64,000 nt of DNA from NCBI GenBank assembly GCA_019635695.1, contig JAHBYZ010000003.1, forward strand, positions 1 through 64,000, given 5' to 3'. How positions within the stretch are numbered: the stretch's first letter is position 1; the number at the start of each line of letters is the position of its first letter. Below, one piece after another: positions 56,200 through 64,000 of this stretch. The notes under the pieces are model-generated. The model worked only from the letters and a program-made list of their open reading frames with translations. It did no database searches and was not told the origin of the DNA. The DNA comes from Rhizobiaceae bacterium. Lineage in GTDB: Bacteria > Pseudomonadota > Alphaproteobacteria > Rhizobiales > Rhizobiaceae. The position numbers and the translations under genes were made by a program.

Positions 56200-57381
56200 A
56201 TGACGATGAAGACGCTGGCGCTTGCGGCAGCTCCGGTGGCGCTGTTGGCCGCCTCACCCGCACTTGCGGTCGACGAGACCTTCGACACTCGCGCGGGACA
56301 GATCCGCGTGCAGACCTTCGCCGGCGGCCTGGTCAATCCGTGGGCGATCGCGTTTCTGCCGCCGGGCCTGCCGCAAGGCGGGCTGCTGGTGACGGAGAAG
56401 CAGGGCAATCTGCGCCATGTCGGCGAGGACGGGGCGCTCGGCGAGCCGATCTCCGGCGTGCCCGAGGTCGACGCGCGCGGCCAGGGCGGCCTGCTCGACG
56501 TGACCCTCGATCCCGACTTCGAGCAGAACCGGCTGGTCTATCTGAGCTATGCCGAGGCCGGCGACGGCGGCACCAACGGCACGGCCGTCGCGCGCGGCGT
56601 ACTCAATGCCGACATGACCGCGCTGGAGAATGTCGAGGTCATCTTCCAGCAGCAGCCCAAGGTGGCGAGCAACCTGCATTTCGGCTCGCGGCTGGTGTTC
56701 GACGGCCAGGGCCATCTCTACGTGACACTCGGCGAGCGCTCGCAGGCGCAGTTCCGCCCGCAGGCGCAGGATCTGGGCTCGCATCTCGGCAAGATCGTGC
56801 GCATCAACCCGGACGGCACCGTGCCGGAGGACAACCCGTTCGTCGGGCACGACGGGGCGCTGCCTGAAATCTACGCCTACGGCATCCGCAATTCGCAGGC
56901 CGCGGCGATCAACCCGGCCAGCGGCGCGTTGTGGGAGATCGAGCACGGGCCGCGCGGCGGCGACGAGCTGAACATCGTCGCGGCCGGCCGGAACTACGGC
57001 TGGCCGCTCGCCACGCTCGGCATCGAATATAGCGGCGACCCGATCAACGGCGCGGTCGAGCGCAGGGACGGCATGGTCGACGCGATTCATTCGTGGACGC
57101 CGGTGATCGCGCCGTCGGGCATGATCTTCTACGACGGCGACGCCTTTGCCGACTGGCAGGGCGACCTGTTCGTCGGCGGGCTGGCATCGACCGCGCTGGT
57201 GCGGCTCGACGTCAATGGCGACAGCGTCAGCGGCGAGGAGCGCCTGCTCGAATCGCTCGGCCTGCGCATCCGCGACGTCGCGCAGGGCCCGGATGGCGCG
57301 ATCTATGTCGCAACCGACGAGGACAATGGCGAAATCCTGCGCATCGCTCCCGCTGACGGGACGACCGGCGCGACGAAGTAG
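56200..57381 (+). CDS. PQQ-dependent soluble sugar (aldose/sorbosone) dehydrogenase, beta-propeller
   Basis: Signal peptide. YliI/Asd-type motifs (HFGSRLVF, GKIVRINPDG, AYGIRN, GRNYGWP). Confidence 0.8.
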   Translation: MTMKTLALAAAPVALLAASPALAVDETFDTRAGQIRVQTFAGGLVNPWAIAFLPPGLPQGGLLVTEKQGNLRHVGEDGALGEPISGVPEVDARGQGGLLDVTLDPDFEQNRLVYLSYAEAGDGGTNGTAVARGVLNADMTALENVEVIFQQQPKVASNLHFGSRLVFDGQGHLYVTLGERSQAQFRPQAQDLGSHLGKIVRINPDGTVPEDNPFVGHDGALPEIYAYGIRNSQAAAINPASGALWEIEHGPRGGDELNIVAAGRNYGWPLATLGIEYSGDPINGAVERRDGMVDAIHSWTPVIAPSGMIFYDGDAFADWQGDLFVGGLASTALVRLDVNGDSVSGEERLLESLGLRIRDVAQGPDGAIYVATDEDNGEILRIAPADGTTGATK

Positions 57382-57487
57382 AGCTCCAGGAACGGAAACG
57401 GCGGCTCCGTACATCCGGGAGCCGCCGCCCTATTGCCCGCGAGCCGCCTCATTCAGCAGGAAGAGGGCCGCGGGCAAATTCGAAGTG

Positions 57488-59377
57488 TCAGACGCCGATC
57501 TTGCCACCGCCCTGTTTCGTTATTGCGACAACCGCCGGGCGCACCGGCATGTCGGGCCTGAAGTCGGGCCAGCGGGTCGACAGGTCCTCGTAGTAGGACG
57601 GACGGCCGAAGGCCTCCCAGTCGGTGCCGCCGTCGCCGGGGTGCTGCACGGCGACGAAGGCGGTCTGGTCGTCGGGCGTGAACACCGGGCCGCACAGTTC
57701 GCCGCCCGCGGGCACGCGGTAGAACAGTTTTGATGTAGCGCGCGCCTCGCCTTCAGTGTCCACGGCCCAAAGGCCGTCGGTGCGGCCGGTGGCCTTCGGG
57801 TTGTTGCCGTCGGTCGAAACCCACAGGCGGCCAGCCGCGTCGATGGCGCAGTTGTCGGGCATACCGAACCAGCCATTGGCCGTGGTGGCGGTGGAGAATG
57901 AGGCGCCGACCTCCGCGACCGACGGGTCGCCGCACTTCAGCAGCACTTCCCACTTCGCGGACGTGGCGGTGAAGTCGCCGCCCTCGTCGATCTCGATGAT
58001 GTGGCCGAAGGCGTTCTTGACGCGGGGGTTGGCGCCGTCGACCTCCTCGCGGCGGGTATTGTTGGTCAGCATGACGTAGACCTTGCCGTTCGTGCCGTTG
58101 GGCTGCACGTCCTCCGGACGGTCCATCTTCGTGGCTTCCAGCAGGTCGGCAGCGCGGCGCGGCTCGATGACGATGTCGGCCTGGCTGTTGAAGCCGTTGG
58201 CGGCGATCAGCGGCCCTTCACCGTGAGCCAGCGGCAGCCACGCCATGGTGCCGTCCTCGGCGAATTTGGCGACGTAAAGCGTGCCGGCGTCGAGCAGGTC
58301 CATATTGGCGGCGCGGTCGTCGGGGTTGAACGTGCCCGCCGTCACGAACTTGTAGACGTAGTCGAAACGCTCGTCGTCGCCGAGATAGAAGACGACTCGG
58401 CCGTCCTTCGCCACGATGGACTCCGCGCCCTCGTGCTTGAAGCGGCCGAGCGCGGTGCGCTTCTTCGGCACCGAGTTCGGGTCCATCACGTCGACCTCGA
58501 CGATCCAGCCGAAGCGGTTCGGCTCGTTCGGCTCCCTGGCGAGGTCGTAGCGGTCGTAATGCGCCGCCCACTCGTAGCCGCTCTCCGGTACGCCGAGGCG
58601 CTTGTAGTTGGCCGTCTCGGGATGGCCGGCCGGCAGCTCGCCGGAGAAGTAGCCGTGGAAGTTCTCCTCGGCCATGATGTAGGTGCCCCACGGCGTGACG
58701 CCGCCGGCGCAGTTGTTGACTGTGCCGATGACCTTGGTGCCGCTCGGATCGGCATTGGTCTTCAGGCGGTCGTGGCCGGCCGCCGGACCGGTCAGCTCCA
58801 TTTCGGTCGTCGCGGTGATGCGGCGGTTGAAGCGGCCGTCGCGCACGACGCGCCATTTGCCGCCCTCCCTGCTGATCTCGACGATGGTGCCGCCATGGGC
58901 GGCGAGCTCGATGTCGACCTGTTCCTTCGTCAGCGCCGCCTGGCTGATCTTGCCCTCGACGATCTGCACGATGCCGGGGAACATCAGATGCGGGTTGGTG
59001 TATTCGTGGTTGACCACCAGCAGGCCGTGCTCGGCCGAGCCGGCGAGCGGGATGAAGCCGACATAATCGTTGTTGTAGCCGAACTGCCGCGCCTGGGCGG
59101 CGGCCGTCTGCCTGGTCGGGTCGAATTCGGGTGAGTCGGCAAACAGCGCGTCGCCCCAGCGCAGCAGCACGTCGGCGTCGTAGCCCTCGGCGACGTGGTG
59201 GTTGTCGTCCACGCCGGCCTCGACCTCGGGGAAGGAGAACGCCGATGCGCCGGCGGCCTGCGCCTTCTCGGCGGTCAGCAGCGCGATCGGGCTGACGGTG
59301 GCGGCGATGGCCGAGACGGCGAGCGAGCCGCGCAGAAAACCGCGGCGGGAGAAGCGGCGCGAGATGATCTCGCCCAT
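57488..59377 (-). CDS. phoX: PhoX-family alkaline phosphatase (DUF839) with Tat signal
   Basis: Twin-arginine motif SRRGFLRGS. PhoX/DUF839 beta-propeller sequence. An alternative start lies 90 nt upstream (MNQFT). Confidence 0.75.
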   Translation of the reverse strand: MGEIISRRFSRRGFLRGSLAVSAIAATVSPIALLTAEKAQAAGASAFSFPEVEAGVDDNHHVAEGYDADVLLRWGDALFADSPEFDPTRQTAAAQARQFGYNNDYVGFIPLAGSAEHGLLVVNHEYTNPHLMFPGIVQIVEGKISQAALTKEQVDIELAAHGGTIVEISREGGKWRVVRDGRFNRRITATTEMELTGPAAGHDRLKTNADPSGTKVIGTVNNCAGGVTPWGTYIMAEENFHGYFSGELPAGHPETANYKRLGVPESGYEWAAHYDRYDLAREPNEPNRFGWIVEVDVMDPNSVPKKRTALGRFKHEGAESIVAKDGRVVFYLGDDERFDYVYKFVTAGTFNPDDRAANMDLLDAGTLYVAKFAEDGTMAWLPLAHGEGPLIAANGFNSQADIVIEPRRAADLLEATKMDRPEDVQPNGTNGKVYVMLTNNTRREEVDGANPRVKNAFGHIIEIDEGGDFTATSAKWEVLLKCGDPSVAEVGASFSTATTANGWFGMPDNCAIDAAGRLWVSTDGNNPKATGRTDGLWAVDTEGEARATSKLFYRVPAGGELCGPVFTPDDQTAFVAVQHPGDGGTDWEAFGRPSYYEDLSTRWPDFRPDMPVRPAVVAITKQGGGKIGV

Positions 59378-59589
59378 GGTGGGATTCTCGGTCGGGTTGA
59401 CGCCCGGACCGTCATTTTCCTCGAGCAGGCTGGTCGGGAACGCCGCGTGCGGCGTGAACTGGTTCATTGCCTTGACCTCTCGTCTGGGTTCGAGAGGCAA
59501 CTAGCAATGGCGCATCACAGGCCGATGACAGCAGCCGGCCAACGCAAAACGCCGCCCCGGAGGGCGGCGTTCGCGTGTGCTGAGCGAAC

Positions 59590-60237
59590 TCAGTTGGTGG
59601 ATTCGAACGCGCCGTTCACAGCGCTTTCGCTGTTGAGAAGCAGCTCCGACTGGTCGCCACCCTCGTGCGTCGAAATGATCGCGCCGGTGGTGTTGCGCAG
59701 GTCGATTTCGCCGGAAGCCGAGTCGTCGTCATCGTCGGTCGAGCCCGATGCCGAAGCGGCCAGGTCCGTGTTCAGGCTGCCGGAAGCCGAGTCATCGTCG
59801 TCGCCGGACGAACCGGCCGCGGCCACATTGCCACCGACGGTCAGGTTGCCGCTCGACGAATCGCCGTCATTGCTGCTCGATCCTGAGGCGGCCACGCCGA
59901 CGCCGACGTCGAGGCTGCCATTGTTGGAGTCGCCATCGTCGGTCGACGAACCGGCCGCGGCCACGCCGGCATCGATGCTCAGGCTGCCGCTGTTGTTGTC
60001 GCCGTCATCGCTGGAGGCGCCCGAAGCGGCGATACCTGCGCCAACGTCGAGGCTGCCGCTCGAGGAATCGCCATCGTCATGGCTGGAGCCGGAAGCAGAA
60101 ATTCCGAGGTCTATACCGATCGAGCCGGAAGACGAATTGTCGTTGCCGCCGAGTATTCCGCCCAACAGGCCGTCGGCCGACGCGGTACCGGTCATCAATG
60201 CGAGCGCAAAGCCCGCGACGATCATCTTGTTTCGCAT
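59590..60237 (-). CDS. secreted acidic Asp/Gly/Ser-rich tandem-repeat protein
   Basis: Signal peptide (MRNKMIVAGFALALMTGTASA) then about seven repeats of roughly 20 aa (DDGDSSSGSLDVGAGIAASGSS). AAGGAG RBS. Confidence 0.55.
   Translation of the reverse strand: MRNKMIVAGFALALMTGTASADGLLGGILGGNDNSSSGSIGIDLGISASGSSHDDGDSSSGSLDVGAGIAASGASSDDGDNNSGSLSIDAGVAAAGSSTDDGDSNNGSLDVGVGVAASGSSSNDGDSSSGNLTVGGNVAAAGSSGDDDDSASGSLNTDLAASASGSTDDDDDSASGEIDLRNTTGAIISTHEGGDQSELLLNSESAVNGAFESTN
59690..60130. repeat. tandem DNA repeats of about 60 bp (about 7 copies) inside the acidic repeat-protein gene
   Basis: Recurring GCCGSAAGCCGAGTCATCGTCGTCGCC...GAGGCTGCC units. Approximate. Confidence 0.5.
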
Positions 60238-60405
60238 GATATTCTCCTTGGGAGGCAGTCGGTTTCTGTTCTTCCGGCTGCAGGCCAAACCGCTCGAGGC
60301 GGGAGAGGTTCCAAAGAAAAATCAATGCGATATTTGAAACTTTCGACGGCTGACCACGTATCGCGGGCGTGCGGTTAGCTGTCGCCGCACCTGGCGACCG
60401 GCAGT

Positions 60406-60753
60406 TCAACCGAGGCGGATCGTCGTGTTCCTGTCGCGCTCCTTGCCGCCGGCCTTGAGCCAGGCGGAAAAGCGATGCGTGGCGGCGGCGAACGAGATCT
60501 TCATCTCGCGCGCCACGGAGTAGCGCGACTTGCCCTCGTCGAACATGTGGTAGCAGCACTCGACGCCCTTGTCGGAGAGCTTGCCGTCGCAGGTCTTGTT
60601 GCGGGGGTCGCCGGGATTGAACTCGCCGAGCTGCGGCTCGACCAGCCCGCGCAGGCGGTCGAGATCGGCCTGGATCGTCTCGATGAGCTGGAGGATGAGC
60701 TTGGGGTCCGCGGCGGCGGGGCCGTTCGCGCTGTTGGTATCGGCCTTGGCCAT
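60406..60753 (-). CDS. hypothetical protein (115 aa)
   Basis: ORF with Cys/His-containing middle region (KTCDGKLSDKGVECCYHMFDEGKSRY). No assignable domain. Confidence 0.45.
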   Translation of the reverse strand: MAKADTNSANGPAAADPKLILQLIETIQADLDRLRGLVEPQLGEFNPGDPRNKTCDGKLSDKGVECCYHMFDEGKSRYSVAREMKISFAAATHRFSAWLKAGGKERDRNTTIRLG

Positions 60754-60832
60754 CCGCCCGCTCCATCCTAGGCTAACTTGAGCCTATATAAGCCCTGTAT
60801 GCGGTTGTGCAACGGCGGAGCCGGAACAAAGA

Positions 60833-60870
60833 AGCCCGCCGCGTCACGGAGGCGCGGCGGGCGAGCGGCA
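60833..60870 (-). terminator. putative rho-independent terminator (GC hairpin GCCCGCCGCG...CGCGGCGGGC followed by TTCTTTGTT on the minus strand)
   Basis: Hairpin plus T-rich tail, read on the minus strand. Approximate. Confidence 0.3.
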
Positions 60871-61349
60871 CTCTCGCGGGAGTGCGCTCCTTGCGACCGC
60901 TCTATTCGGCGGCCTGGAGGACTGCTTTCCGATTTGCGCAACAACCCGCGAAGCGCGCGGGCGTTCCCGCCTGAAACAGGAAGTGATGACCCGCGCGTGT
61001 GTCGGATTCGCCACGACGGGGGCAGCCCCGATGCTGCGCCGCACAATCACCGCGCCATCCGCACGATTTCGCCATGATTCGAGGGCGATACGCCCGAAAC
61101 TTAACAGCGCGTTCACGGAAGATTCAGAACCGCTTGGTAGTATGGCGACATCAAGGGACGTTCCTAGCCGGAGAACACATCCGGCGGGATCATAGGGACT
61201 GGCGAAAATGAACTTCTGGTCGACGATCAGGCGGGCCGCATTTGCCGTGCGCGAATTCGTGGCCCCCACCTACCGCCCCGAGCGGCACTACATGCGCGGC
61301 CCCGGCCCCGCCTGCGCGCGGCGCATGGGCGTGAGCTTCCAGTAGGCGC

Positions 61350-61751
61350 CTACTCGCAGGGCTCGATGATGATGGGGTCGCCGCTGGCGGCCCCGATTTC
61401 GTTGCAGCCGGCTTCGCCGCACAGCGTCCAGCCGGACGCGGTTGCGCCGGAACTGGCGAGCACGAGGCGCGGTAGCGTCGGCAGCGCCGGGACATAGATC
61501 CACCAGCCATCCTTCAGGACAGAACCTTCGGGCGGCTCCATGCCGGCGCCCGAGCCCTTCACGCGGGCTTCGACGAGCTGCAGGCCGGCGGGGGCGAGCC
61601 GCCAGTCCTCGCGCCATTCGGTCTTCTGCACGGAATGCGTCCATGACAGCGTGAAGGCGGATATCGCGACGGCCGTGGCCTTGCCGGCGGCGATCAGGCA
61701 GATGGCGCTCACGCCGCAGCGGCCACGCGCCTGCCGCGCCACCACAGCCAC
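61350..61751 (-). CDS. DUF1850 domain protein (TAXI-TRAP accessory)
   Basis: DUF1850-like sequence downstream of the fused TRAP permease. The start may be internal, since the ORF overlaps the permease 3' end by 43 nt. Confidence 0.6.
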   Translation of the reverse strand: MAVVARQARGRCGVSAICLIAAGKATAVAISAFTLSWTHSVQKTEWREDWRLAPAGLQLVEARVKGSGAGMEPPEGSVLKDGWWIYVPALPTLPRLVLASSGATASGWTLCGEAGCNEIGAASGDPIIIEPCE

Positions 61752-63802
61752 GCAATCAGGATGACGGCGAGCGCGAAGCCGATCTCGTCGGTGAGCGGCA
61801 GCGCGGTCACGAGCGTGAAGGCCGCCGCTGCCGCGAGCGCACGCTCCCAGATGGCGAGCCGGTCCCTGCCGAAGCCGATGACGGCGGCGCCCCAGAGGCC
61901 GATGGAAAGCACGGTCTTGGCCACGATGTAGGCGACCGCGGGCAGATAGCCGATGGAAGTGGCCAGCGCGCCGCCGTCCTGCAGCATGAGTGCCGGCGTG
62001 TAGACCGCCATGAACGGAATGACGAAGCCGGCGGCCGAAATCTTGATGGCCTCGAGCGAGATCTTCAGCCCGCTCTCGCGCGCGATGGGCGCGGCGGCGA
62101 AGCAGGCCAGCGCCACGGGCGGCGTCAGGTCGGCGAGGATGCCGAAGTAGAAGACGAACATGTGGCTGACGAGCAGCGGGACGCCGAGGTCAAGCAGGGC
62201 CGGGCCGGCGATGGTGGAGGTGATGATGTAGTTGGGGATGGTCGGAATGCCCATGCCGAGGATCAGGCAGGTGACCATCGTCAGCAGCAGCGACAGGAAC
62301 AGCGAGCTTTCGCCGACCGAGACGATGTACTGGCCGAAGGTGTTGGCGATGCCCGTCAGCGTCATGGTGCCGATGATGATGCCCACGACGGCGCAGGCGA
62401 CGCCGACCGGCAGCGCCGACTTGGCGCCTTCGGCCAGCGCGTCGCGGCAGGCGGCGAGCGTATCGCGTCCACCTGCGACGACCAGATTGGCGGCGATCAG
62501 CACCGCGGCGGCGATCAGCACGACGTTGATGCCGAAGCGGAAGAAGCTCGCGGCGATCAGTCCGAGCGCGATCCAGAACACGTAGCGCAGCATCATGCTC
62601 GGCAGTCCGAGCGCCACCGAAGCCCCGAGGATGAGCAGCACCGTGAAGGCAAGGCCGACGGTTCCCGCAAACAGCGGCGTGTAGCCGGAGAACAGCAGGT
62701 AGACGAGCGCCGCCAGCGGCAGCAGCAGGTACCAGCCTTCGCGCACGGCGCGCAGCGGCGACGGCAGTTCGGAGCGCGGAAGCCCGTCCAGCCCGCGCTT
62801 GCCGGCTTCGAGGTGGACCATCCAGAAGGTCGAGCCGAAATAGAGTAGCGCAGGGATGATAGCCGCCTGCACGACCTCGTAATATTCGATGCCGAGGGTC
62901 TCGGCCATGATGAAGGCGACCGCACCCATCACGGGCGGCATGATCTGGCCGCCCATAGAGGCGGTCGCCTCGACGCCGCCCGCGAATGCCGCGCGGTAGC
63001 CGAACTTCTTCATCAGCGGGATGGTGAACTGGCCCGTGGTCACGACATTGGCGACGCCGGAACCGGAAATCGTGCCCATCAGGCCGGACGAGATGACTGC
63101 CACCTTGGCCGGGCCGCCGCGGGCATGGCCGACCAGCCCCAGGGAGACGTCGGTGAACAGCTTGATCATGCCTGCGCGCTCAAGGAAGGCGCCGAACAGG
63201 ATGAACAGGAAGATGTAGGTAGCCGAGACGTAGATGGGGATGCCGTAGATGCCCTCGGTGCCGTAGGCCATGTGGTCGATGACCTGCGACAGGTCGTAGC
63301 CGCGATGGTTGAGCGGGCGCGGCAGATACTGGCCGAACAGGCAGTAGGCGAGGAACAGGCCGGAGATGATCGGCAGCGCCGGTCCCATGATGACCCAGGC
63401 CGCGGCGAACACCGTGGCAAGCGCCACGACGCCGATCACCAGGTCGCGCGTCAGCGGGAAGCCCGAGCGCTGGATCAGCGGCACGTACTCCCACCACTGG
63501 TAGAGCGCCACGGCTGCGCCGGCGAGGCCCGCGGCCCACGCAACCGCCCGCCAGGCCGGCGAGCGCCCGGTCATGGCGGCGACCAGCGGGAAGCATAGAA
63601 GCATCAGGAAGCCGACGTGGAACGCCCGCATGACCTGGCTGGAGAAGTTCACCAGATGCGCCGCCGAGGCGATCTGGAACAGCGAGAAGGCCACCGCGAT
63701 CCAGAACAGCACCTTGCCTTCCACCGAGAGCGGAAAGCTGCCGTGGGTCGGGTCGTGGATGGCGGCGGAAGCCTCCGCCGCGGGTGTGGGAGACGTGGTC
63801 AT
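61709..63802 (-). CDS. TRAP transporter fused permease (TAXI-type, DctQ-DctM fusion)
   Basis: 697 aa, about 16 TM helices, DctM-like core. Confidence 0.85.
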   Translation of the reverse strand: MTTSPTPAAEASAAIHDPTHGSFPLSVEGKVLFWIAVAFSLFQIASAAHLVNFSSQVMRAFHVGFLMLLCFPLVAAMTGRSPAWRAVAWAAGLAGAAVALYQWWEYVPLIQRSGFPLTRDLVIGVVALATVFAAAWVIMGPALPIISGLFLAYCLFGQYLPRPLNHRGYDLSQVIDHMAYGTEGIYGIPIYVSATYIFLFILFGAFLERAGMIKLFTDVSLGLVGHARGGPAKVAVISSGLMGTISGSGVANVVTTGQFTIPLMKKFGYRAAFAGGVEATASMGGQIMPPVMGAVAFIMAETLGIEYYEVVQAAIIPALLYFGSTFWMVHLEAGKRGLDGLPRSELPSPLRAVREGWYLLLPLAALVYLLFSGYTPLFAGTVGLAFTVLLILGASVALGLPSMMLRYVFWIALGLIAASFFRFGINVVLIAAAVLIAANLVVAGGRDTLAACRDALAEGAKSALPVGVACAVVGIIIGTMTLTGIANTFGQYIVSVGESSLFLSLLLTMVTCLILGMGIPTIPNYIITSTIAGPALLDLGVPLLVSHMFVFYFGILADLTPPVALACFAAAPIARESGLKISLEAIKISAAGFVIPFMAVYTPALMLQDGGALATSIGYLPAVAYIVAKTVLSIGLWGAAVIGFGRDRLAIWERALAAAAAFTLVTALPLTDEIGFALAVILIAWLWWRGRRVAAAA

Positions 63803-63847
63803 CGTGCGTGAGGCGGCGGCGCGGAGGTCCGCGCCGCCGGCATGGAC

Positions 63848-64000
63848 TTACATCAGGCCCTTTTCCTTGTAGTAGCGCTCCGCGCCCGGATGCAGCGGGA
63901 TCGGCAGGCCCTTGGCGCCATTTTCCGCCTTGATGGCCTTGGCGGCCGCATGTGCGGCGACCATGTCGTCGAGATTCTCGAACAGCTGCTTGGTCATCTC
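63848..64000 (-). CDS. TAXI-family TRAP solute-binding protein, C-terminal end only (gene continues beyond window)
   Basis: The reverse-strand translation ends ...GLPIPLHPGAERYYKEKGLM-stop, the characteristic TAXI C-terminus. Confidence 0.55.
   Translation of the reverse strand, partial: EMTKQLFENLDDMVAAHAAAKAIKAENGAKGLPIPLHPGAERYYKEKGLM

Noticed and set aside
58001-59134. 377-aa plus-strand ORF and 58218-58856 minus-strand ORF inside phoX
   Set aside because: Antisense or off-frame to a gene with clear PhoX/DUF839 features and a Tat signal.
60778-61269. ORFs 60778-61077 +, 60844-61269 -, 60983-61195 + and 60999-61211 + in the gap before the TRAP operon
   Set aside because: No RBS, no motif, mutually overlapping. 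The region is more likely promoter or leader, plus perhaps the small 45-aa ORF noted separately.
1-64000. CRISPR arrays, cas genes, transposases, integrases, phage structural genes
   Set aside because: I looked for evenly spaced direct repeats and for recombinase or transposase motifs and found none. The only mobile-looking DNA is the REP/MITE-like palindromes and the AT-rich RT island.

Overview
High-GC (about 65-68%) alphaproteobacterial chromosome segment. A Hyphomicrobiales/Rhizobiales origin is inferred from a BA14K-family gene, REP-type palindromes and the imelysin and TRAP gene content. Most of the window is ordinary core and accessory metabolism. Recognisable genes include a class A PBP, dut, coaBC, ubiE-ubiB, add, phaZ, lepA, prfC, a DEAD-box helicase, a PAS-GGDEF-EAL protein, a 1-Cys peroxiredoxin, cydAB, PhoX, a PQQ sugar dehydrogenase and a TAXI-TRAP transporter. 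Features beyond that baseline: (1) a roughly 1.9-kb AT-rich (about 45-50% GC) island at 34786-36715, flanked by REP-like palindromes, encoding a reverse transcriptase split over three ORFs in three frames. It carries RT motifs 1/2, A, B, C (YARFMDD) and D plus a roughly 270-aa C-terminal extension. This is the best candidate for a novel defence-type system, or its remains. (2) A Slam-like (TPR + DUF560 barrel) outer-membrane protein with three tandem paralogous lipobox proteins that share a TbpB-like C-terminal domain (44990-49392). (3) A four-gene imelysin / di-haem peroxidase / imelysin / DUF1513 cluster. (4) A tadE/tadF/tadG-like minor-pilin cluster. (5) A tandem pair of tRNA-like genes with non-canonical features. 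(6) A family of GC-rich palindromic REP elements in at least six intergenic sites, one of them together with a DUF559 ORF splitting cydA from cydB. (7) A VapBC toxin-antitoxin pair, two ArsR-SRPBCC modules and two secreted tandem-repeat proteins. No CRISPR array, transposase or integrase was seen. Coordinates of non-ORF features (tRNAs, repeats, palindromes) are approximate to about 2 nt. CDS coordinates include the stop codon.
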